Shown: positions 12,901 to 20,054, numbered from the stretch's first letter. The stretch: DNA of 64,000 nt from Ostreococcus lucimarinus (GCA_000092065.1 CP000600.1); one strand, 5' to 3'. Numbers and translations: made by a program. The notes: generated by a model from the sequence alone, not told the origin.

Positions 12901-13938
12901 CAAACATCGGCGATCGATGTGAACTACACCGTGACCTCGACGACGATCGAAAGTGTGTTAGAAGTCGCCAATCAAACCAACTCTGCTGTGACCACGACGC
13001 AAGGCGAAGTTTATGATGACTTACGCGCCGCCGGTTTGATCATCAGCGATGCCGTGATATTGTTGGAAGCACAAACTACTGAGAAAGCATCAGCGTTGGC
13101 ACCTTCGGGGCCATACGACATCAACGTCAACCTTCATCTTGACGTCGACGTCCACGTGGACAATGCGCCAGCGTCGCGTGAGCCTACGAGTTCAACACCT
13201 GGGGGAAATCCAGCTGACACGGAAGGCGGATATCCCTCGACGCCCACGTCATCCTATCCGGCGGGCGGATATCCCTCGACGCCCACGTCATCCTATCCGG
13301 CGGGCGGATATCCCTCGACGCCCACGTCATCCTATCCGGCGGGCGGATATCCCTCGACGCCCACGTCATCCTATCCGGCGGGCGGATATCCCTCGACGCC
13401 CACGTCATCCTATCCGGCGGCGCCTTCTGACTGTGTTCCAGTGAACACGGAAACAGAAGCGGCGCAATACTATCGAAACGAGTCGTTACAACACGAGGCA
13501 CTCGAAACGGCGCAGTCCTACGCTCGTCAAAATGATTTACCACTTCCGGACGCGCACACCTTTGTTCGTGCAAAGGTTTGCAACGCACCGCACATGCGAT
13601 GTTGCTCTGAGTTGAACTGGCGACAAGACAATCGAGTGAGATTTCCATTTGTCTGCGGTGACAGCGCGGGATGCGCAAAGAAGACGTTCGACGTCGCTAG
13701 AAAGAATTGTGTCGCCAGAGGTGGTGACTTGTGCCGCGGAAACGCGGTGAGTACGTCGATGCACGATCCATCGTGCGTGGGCACTAAGTCAGATTACGTA
13801 TGGACGCTCACGCACTGCGATGTCAATGGCGTGCACGGTCGCGTCATTCGTCCGAGCGCCGGCGGCGCGCCCGGAGCACTTTGCGAGACGAATCTGATGG
13901 CAAACCATCAGTCGAGATGCTGCTCCAACGTGTGTTGA
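3934..13938 (+). CDS. giant secreted/cell-surface mucin-like glycoprotein with PAN/apple modules, Pro-rich tandem repeats and Cys-rich C-terminal domains
   Basis: Single 3334-codon ORF. It has a hydrophobic signal-like stretch (IAALVGACVVMCV), two PAN/apple-like Cys modules (CRGFNYFE..., CQFVHSPDC...), Ser/Thr/Pro-rich stretches and a PPPPPSPPPPPK motif. About 130 copies of PVPGE[AT]PNAYPTQS / PNAYPT[PS]S repeats are present. A conserved roughly 45-aa module occurs four times. The C-terminal domain has about 16 Cys. The exact start is uncertain because about 70 Arg/Ala-rich codons precede the signal-like segment. Confidence 0.7.
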   Translation: MRAPMVTRGRPTRARAMDAESRRAMTAARRHRAARASARADADARRADADAKAARRRARGRATRGRARASIRATIAALVGACVVMCVPRGGCAAEGVDAHGAVAKRTSTNTKSEGVGGMLNEISELVERQRAFEDAHEGCENVRLVLLEAPKRGRVSIALRDGSKLWQRFEFRDAGAQTTCVDLSEPNDFEITTAGARGDDDEYSIRVEKETGDALLMRLGADDENGEAHTTYAALKLRTASGKNVGVLGDRFESCEDVVVDTAFARHAGVARSMQHRLLDDSGDLLSKWTSHATGQKKMCLLRGRDYTLHLNGAMSRGRVDDQLAVRVTREEGDESDGFTYLTTRSQAMVNDKNDVYIGVQDATQDNIDLRGVYHFHIPSACAMDEVELSVVLKASKYGDSVPPEGMSWIVQDEAGSLVMKTAKRFRTQDYGVTRHQSMCVPKGKYEFIAFASDKRGWKYGTELKIYQRLQGGKRQLLASRGGNEEASARGFSAPWFSGALISEPIELSVGTEQSAVASQDEPSVKIAFQGPKALLGNARFVPSRALVRADVMAIISACVAVCALVALHNDTKDGDGEVKISLVDGKANSAYGTDTAKKTDVGEHVSRSSSGKSHGLVSRSSYLKIVAVGASALSVMAIGSIGSVRLDETSRLGNSTVRQATCGMGVTKCQFVHSPDCRSKTMYAYRSGKLAHDPLLVLPYESSILDGSSIAAEIKFDANFCAVQGMKTCNDLGDTSADTLTGCSQACRAKDGCESFSLQSTVCRLCSTEHVSRSVATSTVSVARCMRPYQFAFQGVSLDECAKACDDTAACRGFNYFERSHAMSSHCSLLRAPAHFEAHVWRDSARTKSGIVGAATYYKVPSMGTLCKERGEAVQAPALPSGLGIGDSADDAVITSRDGYPHDNFYAGDKGYPNDEARPPNHDDSDFVADFMITSEIELIGVTVHSLESNDVSRRAFVKGLAIFFGITSDEVVIMDVTPSQDVGTSHGVHVAFVILTTSSHKMSQVVGDIKSVLDEPNDEVRLLFNGAGLTVTKATFQEPPLVTEQEASPSPTASDELVTNVSTTVEGKPVAPTANTTQTPSNVTENEPVATNLPPTSIPGADLAITGALQIVGYTPEEFDATARERLRRSMLTFFMAHNDDISIALMQNASLVEGTQVAYKMKENNPHKATIIVEALLLMQEPSAISENFLHVLHFKGLTNVQTSLTIGHPRVVLEKHMPPPPPSPPPPPKTIVMVQNITKTINVVQSALELKGINVQTFNEAKKDFLKAGLSEFMSKVLQRTVTSDLIRVLSVSGQGYIKYFDTNIVSSGDVAQLGISSSNVKVNYEVIVGEEEDAKTMALLNELSGGTSTPISRDVDQDVYPSEADAYPSEADAYPARSPPIESDDQYPSSTSNSDSSLVTNDLLGTLLLDIKENGLAEVEEIEIEELPVAKKQEVSEQVEIEVLAPETSTPVTEEEELTDLNDDETIETNFLKALDEIKVLSNASDAEVYLVDSVLRIDGYDMNTFDAVSRNAFTAGMARFLGIAFAHVRIIDVTVVHTSTGRRLLTDLLDVEFVAELPTEESANAVAQEITDLMDSENAEAIQNELMTDLQEAGLDQVTNGEMTQVPVISSASSEPSSPVPGETPNAYPTQSPVPGETPNAYPTQSPVPGEAPNAYPTSSPNAYPTQSPVPGEAPNAYPTQSPVPGEAPNAYPTPSPNAYPTQSPVPGEAPNAYPTQSPVPGEAPNAYPTPSPNAYPTQSPVPGEAPNAYPTQSPVPGETPNAYPTSSPNAYPTQSPVPGEAPNAYPTQSPVPGEAPNAYPTPSPNAYPTQSPVPGEAPNAYPTQSPVPGETPNAYPTSSPNAYPTQSPVPGEAPNAYPTPSPNAYPTQSPVPGEAPNAYPTQSPVPGEAPNAYPTPSPNAYPTQSPVPGEAPNAYPTQSPVPGETPNAYPTSSPNAYPTQSPVPGEAPNAYPTQSPVPGETPNAYPTSSPNAYPTQSPVPGEAPNAYPTQSPVPGEAPNAYPTPSPNAYPTPSPVPGETPNAYPTQSPVPGEAPNAYPTQSPVPGETPNAYPTSSPNAYPTQSPVPGEAPNAYPTQSPVPGETPNAYPTSSPNAYPTQSPVPGEAPNAYPTQSPVPGETPNAYPTPSPNAYPTQSPVPGEAPNAYPTQSPVPGEAPNAYPTPSPNAYPTQSPVPGEAPNAYPTQSPVPGEAPNAYPTPSPNAYPTQSPVPGEAPNAYPTPSPNAYPTPSPSAYPTPSPEGPCEAVCAALNSKSGPNNTASCDIHFGCVFDHTQMSGQGACISFAAGGDEPCPSRADWDAIVPGQDCNTENTPTCARLFYGDEYDNAVAGTLPEDWVGDWSAVPTPEPSVPSDSHPTTDSHASFYPASSPVPGETPNAYPTSSPNAYDVGTMSYEEYVKTYGEDLDEIASAYPTPSPVPGEAPNAYPTSSPNAYPTQSPVPGEAPNAYPTQSPVPGEAPNAYPTSSPNAYDVGTMSYEEYVKTYGEDLDEIASAYPTPSPVPGEAPNAYPTSSPNAYPTQSPVPGEAPNAYPTQSPVPGEAPNAYPTSSPNAYDVGTMSYEEYVKTYGEDLDEIASAYPTPSPVPGEAPNAYPTSSPNAYPTQSPVPGEAPNAYPTQSPVPGEAPNAYPTSSPNAYPTQSPVPGEAPNAYPTQSPVPGETPNAYPTSSPNAYPTQSPVPGEAPNAYPTQSPVPGETPNAYPTQSPVPGKAPNAYPTSSPNAYPTQSPVPGEAPNAYPTQSPVPGETPNAYPTSSPNAYPTQSPVPGEAPNAYPTQSPVPGETPNAYPTPSPVPGETPNAYPTPSPVPGETPNAYPTPSPVPGETPNAYPTPSPVPGEAPNAYPTQSPVPGEAPNAYPTQSPVPGETPNAYPTSSPNAYPTQSPVPGETPNAYPTPSPSAFPTPSPVPGETPAVGPTYSEPIAQIVYETKSVVRLVGYHAGAFGETQSRLFKVGMATFYKVAPEDISISSVKDVVSSSSRRLLQTSAIDVNYTVTSTTIESVLEVANQTNSAVTTTQGEVYDDLRAAGLIISDAVILLEAQTTEKASALAPSGPYDINVNLHLDVDVHVDNAPASREPTSSTPGGNPADTEGGYPSTPTSSYPAGGYPSTPTSSYPAGGYPSTPTSSYPAGGYPSTPTSSYPAGGYPSTPTSSYPAAPSDCVPVNTETEAAQYYRNESLQHEALETAQSYARQNDLPLPDAHTFVRAKVCNAPHMRCCSELNWRQDNRVRFPFVCGDSAGCAKKTFDVARKNCVARGGDLCRGNAVSTSMHDPSCVGTKSDYVWTLTHCDVNGVHGRVIRPSAGGAPGALCETNLMANHQSRCCSNVC
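8805..10670 (+). repeat. coding tandem repeat array 1 (42-nt and 24-nt units encoding PVPGE[AT]PNAYPTQS and PNAYPT[PS]S)
   Basis: Near-identical units run for about 1.9 kb. All six frames are open, which generates several spurious 600-aa ORFs in the track. Confidence 0.9.
11055..12690 (+). repeat. coding tandem repeat array 2, including a 249-nt higher-order repeat x3 (about 11106..11852)
   Basis: The same 42/24-nt units as array 1. Three copies of a 249-nt superunit each encode YDVGTMSYEEYVKTYGEDLDEIASAYPTPS. The phased small ORFs at 11171, 11420 and 11669 confirm the 249-nt period. Confidence 0.9.
13226..13420 (+). repeat. 39-nt coding repeat x5 (GGYPSTPTSSYPA)
   Basis: Five perfect copies of ggcggatatccctcgacgcccacgtcatcctatccggcg. 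Confidence 0.85.
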
Positions 13939-13978
13939 GCGAATCAAAAGATAAATTCACATGTAAACTAAACCAATG

Positions 13979-15052
13979 CTATATAGACCTCATGTCATCG
14001 AGCAGTAATTCGGCGAGGAAACTCGTCGCCGGCCCCACGCGCCCATCGCCTACCTGCCGTCCATCCCACGAAATGATTCCCTGCACACCCACCGCACTGC
14101 CGACGAGCATGGCTTCCTCAGCGCCCAGCACGACGAACGGGGATAACGGCTGTGAATCGTCGAAGCGTTTTATTCCCACCTTTCGGAGCGCTTTGCGATT
14201 GCTTTCGGTTTCGATCAACTCTCGCAGTCTTTGTATGGTGATTCCTCCGAGAACATTCGTCGCTGGTGGCGTTCGTAACGTGCCGTCTGGAGTCAGGAAC
14301 GCTACGTTCGCGCCAGGTCCTTCGCCAATCATTCCGTCTTGCGTCAAAAATACGCCGACATCGACCCCGTTCCCTCGCGCAATCTGAGCTACGTTTACGT
14401 TGGGCAAGTAATTCGTCGACTTCAACGTCGCGTAACGAGGCGGTTTGATCGGCACCGGCGACGACGACGCCGTTAACCCGCGCACAACCATCCAAGCGTC
14501 TGGATCCTTCTCGTACGCCACGACGTAATACGTCGGCGGCGAATCCGTCGCGCCGCACAGCGAAAAATTCTCCGACTCGCACCCGCTCGTCGCGTACATC
14601 CGAACTTGCCCGTGCGTCACGCCGCCCCGCGCCACGACTTCCAGCACCAGCGCCTCCATCGTCGCCAGCGCCTCGTCGTTCATCTCGCCGACGCCCGCCT
14701 CCCGCGCGCTTCGCGCGAATCTTCTCAGGTGCGCCGCCAACAGATGGCACCGTCCCTCGTGCACCGTGCACGCGTCGAACACGGCGTGCCCGCGCGTGAA
14801 TCCACGGTCGTACAGTCGCATCACCGGCGCGCATCGCGCGTCGTTCACTCGCACGATGACGTCCAGCGCGCCGTCGTACACCGCGCCGCGCATGGTCGCC
14901 GCCGCGTCGTGCTGCGCCACGAGGCGCCGCGCCACCTCTCTCGCGTACGCATCCGCGTCCACGACGCGCGTCGCGCGCGCCGTCGTTCGACGCGTCGTCG
15001 CGCGCGCGCGTCCCGCGACGCGCGGCGCGGCGCGCGCGCGAGCCGTCGTCAT
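13979..15052 (-). CDS. class IV (fold-type IV) PLP aminotransferase: branched-chain/D-amino-acid aminotransferase or ADC-lyase family
   Basis: 357-codon ORF with a transit-peptide-like N-terminus. The family is recognisable in the C-terminal half (GVFLTQDGMIGEGPGANVAFLTPDGTLRTPPATNVLGGITIQRL...). The gene is tail-to-tail with the giant gene, with only 40 bp between them. Confidence 0.65.
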   Translation of the reverse strand: MTTARARAAPRVAGRARATTRRTTARATRVVDADAYAREVARRLVAQHDAAATMRGAVYDGALDVIVRVNDARCAPVMRLYDRGFTRGHAVFDACTVHEGRCHLLAAHLRRFARSAREAGVGEMNDEALATMEALVLEVVARGGVTHGQVRMYATSGCESENFSLCGATDSPPTYYVVAYEKDPDAWMVVRGLTASSSPVPIKPPRYATLKSTNYLPNVNVAQIARGNGVDVGVFLTQDGMIGEGPGANVAFLTPDGTLRTPPATNVLGGITIQRLRELIETESNRKALRKVGIKRFDDSQPLSPFVVLGAEEAMLVGSAVGVQGIISWDGRQVGDGRVGPATSFLAELLLDDMRSI

Positions 15053-15106
15053 GCACTCGCGCGTCGACGCGCGACGAACTCGCGTCGCGACGCGCGTGCC
15101 GCGCGA

Positions 15107-15160
15107 TAACCCTAACCCTAACCCTAACCCTAGTCCTAACCCTAATTTACAAACCCTAAT
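15107..15160. promoter_or_regulatory. interstitial telomere-like (CCCTAA)n tract with an AAACCCTAA telo-box in a bidirectional promoter
   Basis: The sequence ataaccctaaccctaaccctaaccctagtcctaaccctaatttacaaaccctaatac lies inside the 128-bp spacer between the divergent ATGs at 15052 (minus) and 15181 (plus). Confidence 0.6.
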
Positions 15161-15180
15161 ACTTTATACCGCGACGCGCG

Positions 15181-16635
15181 ATGCGCGACGCGCGCGACGA
15201 CGACTTTCTCGATTGGATGCGCGCGCGCGGGGTGACGCGCGACGACGCGCGGTGCGCGGTGCGCGGCGACGGCGACCGCGGACGATTCGTCGAGTGCGCG
15301 CGCGCGACGCTGGCGGTCGGGACGACGCTGGCGACGATACCGAAGAGCGCGTGCCTGACGACGGCGACGAGCGCGCTGGGCGCCATCGAGGGCGCGCGCG
15401 GAAGCGGGGTCGTCGGTCTGTGCGTCGCGGTGGCGCACGAGCGGTCGTTGGGAGCGAAATCGACGTTTGCGGCGTATTTAAAGACGCTGCCGGCGCGAGA
15501 GGCGCTGCCGTCGACGTTCGCGGCGGACGACGAGGCGCGGAGAGCGCTGCGGGGGACGACGGTGGAGGGGATGCTCGGGGCGGACGAACGCGCCATCGCG
15601 GATGATTATCACGCGTTCGCGCGCGAGATGAAGGAGCGATTCGCGCGGCGCGGCGTGAAGATGCCGACGCTGGAGGAGTTCAGGGACGCGGCGACGCTCG
15701 TCGCGAGTCGCGCGTTCTTCGTGGACGACGCGCTCGGGCAGGGGTTGGTGCCTTTCGCTGATTTGTTTAATCATAAAGGCGGTTCAGACGGCGCTCATTT
15801 TAACGTCGTTGGATGCGATGACGCGGACGCGGATGCGCTGACGCTGGTGACGTGTCGAACGGCGAAGCGGGGCGAAGAATTATTCAACTCGTTCGGCGAC
15901 GACCACGACAACACCGTGTTGTTGTATAAATATGGGTTTGTCGAACGCGATAATCGCGTCGCTACGAGTTCATTCGGCTTTGGGCTGTTGCGCGACGCCG
16001 GCGACATCTCGTTCGAGAGCGTTCATAGTTGGATGACTGAGAGTTACGACGGGGTGGATGAGCTCGAAGTCGACGCCAACGGCGCCATGTCGCGCCCACT
16101 TTTAGCTTTACTTCGAATCGCGTCGTTCGAATTTCTTAGAGACGTGGACAGCGGTGATGACGAAAGTCATTCGGACGATGTAGACTATGATACATCGATC
16201 GGCGTTTTGCTCGAGCGCACGATGGCCGGAGACGAGTCCGAGGCTGAGATTCTGGCGAGTGTCGACGACTACGTCGTACTGGCGTTATTTCGTGGAAGAT
16301 TCAACGCATATCTCGACACAAAAGACGAAGATCGTTGTGATGACGATGTTTCATCTTTGTTACGAGATGTAGCGCGCGAGATCAAACGATGCGCAGACTT
16401 GGCGAATGATGCGAGCGGAGTACGTCAACAGTTTGGGTCTGGGATAAGCGGCGTGGCCGCTGCGTATCACGTTCGCGCGGACGAGCTCGGGTTACTCATG
16501 AAAGCAATAATTCGCGCGTTTGACTTCGGAGACGACGAAGAAACCAACGAAGACGTTCCAGATACAAAAAAGCCCAAATTAGTAGAAGTGGTGCCAGCGT
16601 ACGCGCCGACCATTTACATCAAACCGAAAGAGTAG
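15181..16635 (+). CDS. SET-domain protein-lysine methyltransferase, Rubisco-LSMT/SETD6-like
   Basis: SET core motifs are present (FFVDDALGQGLVPFADLFNHKGG...GEELFNSFG...LLYKYGF) with an LSMT-type C-terminal extension. The ATG at 15181 gives a family-typical N-terminus. Confidence 0.7.
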   Translation: MRDARDDDFLDWMRARGVTRDDARCAVRGDGDRGRFVECARATLAVGTTLATIPKSACLTTATSALGAIEGARGSGVVGLCVAVAHERSLGAKSTFAAYLKTLPAREALPSTFAADDEARRALRGTTVEGMLGADERAIADDYHAFAREMKERFARRGVKMPTLEEFRDAATLVASRAFFVDDALGQGLVPFADLFNHKGGSDGAHFNVVGCDDADADALTLVTCRTAKRGEELFNSFGDDHDNTVLLYKYGFVERDNRVATSSFGFGLLRDAGDISFESVHSWMTESYDGVDELEVDANGAMSRPLLALLRIASFEFLRDVDSGDDESHSDDVDYDTSIGVLLERTMAGDESEAEILASVDDYVVLALFRGRFNAYLDTKDEDRCDDDVSSLLRDVAREIKRCADLANDASGVRQQFGSGISGVAAAYHVRADELGLLMKAIIRAFDFGDDEETNEDVPDTKKPKLVEVVPAYAPTIYIKPKE

Positions 16636-16672
16636 AAATGCTATTTGAAAACTTCTAACGGTACCGGTAGTT

Positions 16673-18247
16673 TCACGTTGCATCTTTCAGCATTTGCACG
16701 AGGTCGTGCTTGATTCTGTTCAACTTGGTGTTCTTTGTGATGAGTTCGTTTTCGACGTCTTGACGAACACTCTCGATTTGGTTCGCGTGACACTCTCGTT
16801 CTTCATCCAAAATGCGACGCCAATATTCATCTCTTTCCGCGCTCGCGCGCGCGGCGGCTTCGCGCGTCGCGTCCCCTATTTCTAACCGCATCACTTCCGT
16901 CGCGTCGTCGTGCGTCAGGTGCATCATTTTCAAGTTCAACGAGAGTCGCTCGTGTTCAGCTTGAAGCATCGCGAGTTCTTTGCGATGTTCACCTCCGATC
17001 GCCTCCAGTCGTCTCGTGAGCTGCGCAACGCGAACTTCAGCGCGATCGAGTCGTTCTTTCAATTCTCGCGACGCCCCTTTGTTACCGAGCGAAACGGTGC
17101 TCGGTGATGTTTTTGAACGAGATTCGCTTGCTTCCAAAGCCGCCGCGGCAACAGCTTCACGCTTCTCCGCGCGTTCAGCGCGATGTTGCGTTTCCAACAG
17201 CCGCGCGCCGACGTCTTGAAGCTCAGCTCTCGTCGTCGTCAACGCCTCGAGCGCGCACTCGAGCTCTAAAACTAACATTTTATTCCCCGTGCCACCTTCG
17301 CCGACGCCGACTGCCGCGTCGTTCGGACGCATTTGCTTTAATGTCTCCGCCGCGTTTTTCCATTCGAGCGCTTCCGCCTTCGCGCTCGTCAAAGCCTCAT
17401 TCAGCGCCGTCGTTTCTTCCGCCAAGCCATTAGCCTCCGATTTCGACTTCGCGAGCGCCTGGCGCAAGTCACTGATCTCCGCCGTCAACAGCGCGTGCGC
17501 CTCGTCGTGATCTCGCAGTCTCCGCGCGCTCGACTCCGTCTCCGCTTGTAAGCGCGCCAACAACGCCTCCCGCATCGTCGCCTCTGACTTGGCCGCCTCT
17601 AACACCGCATCCAGCGTTCTAAAGTCCTCCAGCACCGCCTCCGCGTCCGCGAGCGTCATCTTCACCCCTCCCTCGCTCGCCGTCTTCCCCTCCCTCGCCC
17701 GCTCGACGAAGCGTTCCAGCGCGCGCCGCTCCCCTCCCCGTTCCGCCGCCGCGTACGCCGAAACCATCCTCGTCCCTCCCATCGCGTCCGCGCTCTCTCC
17801 GAAATCATCCCTCGCGCTCGTCTCGATCGTCGCGCACCCCGCCGCGGCTAAGATCAACCCGCGCGTTCGCGCGCGCTCCTCCTCTCGCCGTCTTCGCTCG
17901 GCGTCGAGCGCGCTCGTCGCCCGCAGCGCGTTCGTCTCCGCCTCCACCAACCGCGCGCGCGCGCGCGCCAGCTCATCGACGTCCTCCGCGCGAACGTCCG
18001 TCTCCCGCGCGTCCCCGCGTCCCGCGCGCGCGTCCACCGTCGCATCCGTCGCGTCGTCGTCGCCGAATGAAATCCACGCCTGTCGCGCGTCCCGCGCCGT
18101 CGCGCCCTCGCGCGTCGTCCCCGCGTCGCCCGCGTCGCCGTCGTCGCTCGCGGACATTATCGCGGACGCGCGCGCGGTCGCACGTCGCGCGCGCGGTCGC
18201 GATCTCGCGCGATCGACGCGCGATCGAGTGCGGATTGATGAATTCAA
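16673..18247 (-). CDS. hypothetical long coiled-coil protein
   Basis: 524-codon ORF with extended heptad-like Ala/Glu/Leu/Arg-rich sequence and a conserved-looking C-terminus. The 5' end is uncertain; an internal ATG near 18157 is an alternative start. Confidence 0.45.
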   Translation of the reverse strand: MNSSIRTRSRVDRARSRPRARRATARASAIMSASDDGDAGDAGTTREGATARDARQAWISFGDDDATDATVDARAGRGDARETDVRAEDVDELARARARLVEAETNALRATSALDAERRRREEERARTRGLILAAAGCATIETSARDDFGESADAMGGTRMVSAYAAAERGGERRALERFVERAREGKTASEGGVKMTLADAEAVLEDFRTLDAVLEAAKSEATMREALLARLQAETESSARRLRDHDEAHALLTAEISDLRQALAKSKSEANGLAEETTALNEALTSAKAEALEWKNAAETLKQMRPNDAAVGVGEGGTGNKMLVLELECALEALTTTRAELQDVGARLLETQHRAERAEKREAVAAAALEASESRSKTSPSTVSLGNKGASRELKERLDRAEVRVAQLTRRLEAIGGEHRKELAMLQAEHERLSLNLKMMHLTHDDATEVMRLEIGDATREAAARASAERDEYWRRILDEERECHANQIESVRQDVENELITKNTKLNRIKHDLVQMLKDAT

Positions 18248-18305
18248 AATCGCGCCGCGTCAGTCGGCGACGCGACGGTTGGCGTCGCGAATCGCGTCGC
18301 CCGCG

Positions 18306-19997
18306 ATGCTCGCGAGGGCGCTCGCGCGCGCGCGCGGGCGCGAGCGCGGCGAAAAATTTCGCATCGATCTGCGACCGGTCGATCTGACGTGGCGCGCGAT
18401 CGACGACGACGACGACGCGCGATCGCGATTTCGCGTGCGATGGTCGCGCGGGGCCAAGGTGCAGCGCACGACGACGGCGACGGCGACGGCGGGACGCGCG
18501 AACTGGGAGACGACGAGCGAGGACGGGGGGTGGACGACGGCGGTGGTGACGCTGCGACGGCGCGCGGCGCGCGACGGAGGGACGACGTTCGAGGCGAAGG
18601 CGTTCGACGTGAAGGCGGAGCGGGCGCGCGGCGACGGCGACGGCGAGGACGACGCGTTCGCGACGACGGCGAAGGCGAGCGTGGATTTCGCGAGATTCGC
18701 GACCGTGGAGACGGGAGGAGGATTGGGAGGGGAGGAGGCGTGCGTGATGACGCTGACGGTGAAGGATGGCGCGCGAGGCGTGGGAGGGGCGAAAACGATG
18801 ACGCTGCGGTGCCGAATACGGGCGACGTGGTTGAAGAATTACGCGAACGCGTCGGCGGACGGTGCGACGGAGCTGAGCATGGTGAGCGGCTTGGAGAGCG
18901 AGAGCTCCGCAGTGACGGATGCGACGCCTCCGAATCTGTTGCGAGAACAAGATTTAAGCGGATTTCAACAGCTTTTGAGCCCGGTGGCGGAGAGCGTTTC
19001 GCCCGTAATCGTGCGGCAGAGCGAGCGTCGCGAAGAACAGGCGCGTGCGGAGCTCGAGGCGCAGCGACGACTCAATGCGGACATGGAGGTGAGACTTGAG
19101 GCAGTGAGAAATGAACTCGAGAAGACGAAAGAAGAGCTCGCGACGCAGCGACGCGCGGTCGAGAACGAGTCGGCTCGCGCTCAATCAGAAATAGCGGCGG
19201 CGAAGGAGGAGGCGCAGAAAACGCTGCGCGAGAAGGAGCGCGCCATCGACAGAGTTCTTTCTGACATCGCGGCGATTGAAAAGGAACGGAACGCGGCTGT
19301 GCGAGCGAGTAAGGATCAAGGTTTTCATATCGAAGCTTTGGAACGTTCTCTTCGAGAAAGAGACTCGGACATCGCGCGGTTGAAGAGTCTAAAAGACACA
19401 GACGAAGCTACGGCGACGCTGGAGGCCGAGCGAATCGCACATTCGCGCGAGATTGAGCGATATAAATCGCAGTTGGACGCCGCGGACACACAGATCGAAA
19501 CATTGAGCAGAAGTCATAAGAACGCGCACGCTGCATTTCAGCGAAAATTAGATTCGCAGCTGAAACTTCGCGCTGAAGCCGAGAAGGTCTTCGAACGCGA
19601 GTTGGAGCAAAAGCACGTCGAGTGCGATGACTTGCGTCAGCAGTGCTCAAACATTGTCGCAGAAACTACCGCACTCACCACGGCATTGAAGCGTTCCGCG
19701 GATGAGCAGCACCGCGCGTCGACGAACACGGCAAAGGCGGAAGCCGCGCAGGCAAAGTGTGACTTGCGAGCCGTCTCCGAGGAGCTGTGCGACGTGCGTA
19801 AGGTTCTCGATGCGCATGTTATCGAGTTAGTCGAGGCAAAGTTGAATTTGGCCGAGTCGCAAGGCTCGCAGCTCGTATTGCGCCGAGAGTTGGCTCGTAC
19901 CAAAGGCAAGCTTACAGAATATGCAGCGCGCTGCACGCGCATGGAGAGTATGTACGCGACTATTATCGATGAATCTACCGGCACTACAGAAACTTAG
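18306..19997 (+). CDS. NT-C2 (EEIG1/EHBP1 N-terminal C2-like) domain protein with a C-terminal coiled coil
   Basis: ORF 17589..19997. The 5' 717 nt are antisense to the neighbouring gene and low complexity, so they were trimmed to the ATG at 18306. After that the sequence EKFRIDLRPVDLTWR...FRVRWSRGAKVQRT...EAKAFDVKAE...ASVDFARFAT resembles an NT-C2 domain, followed by about 330 aa of coiled coil. Confidence 0.45.
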   Translation: MLARALARARGRERGEKFRIDLRPVDLTWRAIDDDDDARSRFRVRWSRGAKVQRTTTATATAGRANWETTSEDGGWTTAVVTLRRRAARDGGTTFEAKAFDVKAERARGDGDGEDDAFATTAKASVDFARFATVETGGGLGGEEACVMTLTVKDGARGVGGAKTMTLRCRIRATWLKNYANASADGATELSMVSGLESESSAVTDATPPNLLREQDLSGFQQLLSPVAESVSPVIVRQSERREEQARAELEAQRRLNADMEVRLEAVRNELEKTKEELATQRRAVENESARAQSEIAAAKEEAQKTLREKERAIDRVLSDIAAIEKERNAAVRASKDQGFHIEALERSLRERDSDIARLKSLKDTDEATATLEAERIAHSREIERYKSQLDAADTQIETLSRSHKNAHAAFQRKLDSQLKLRAEAEKVFERELEQKHVECDDLRQQCSNIVAETTALTTALKRSADEQHRASTNTAKAEAAQAKCDLRAVSEELCDVRKVLDAHVIELVEAKLNLAESQGSQLVLRRELARTKGKLTEYAARCTRMESMYATIIDESTGTTET

Positions 19998-20054
19998 CTA
20001 AGAATTAGTATTCATTGTGGAAACAATTGTTTTCGACTCTACTGCGTGGTTTCT

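Noticed and set aside
15107-15160. The telomeric repeat considered as a true chromosome end
   Set aside because: It is only about 50 bp long and flanked on both sides by intact genes. It is interstitial and promoter-embedded rather than terminal.
14118-15605. ORFs 14118..15056-, 14606..15109+, 14766..15605+, 15156..15596-
   Set aside because: Low-complexity alternative frames of the class IV aminotransferase and SET genes. No family signal.
17973-19099. ORFs 17973..18950- and 18389..19099+
   Set aside because: Arg/Gly-rich frames overlapping the NT-C2 gene. Typical GC3-biased shadow ORFs.
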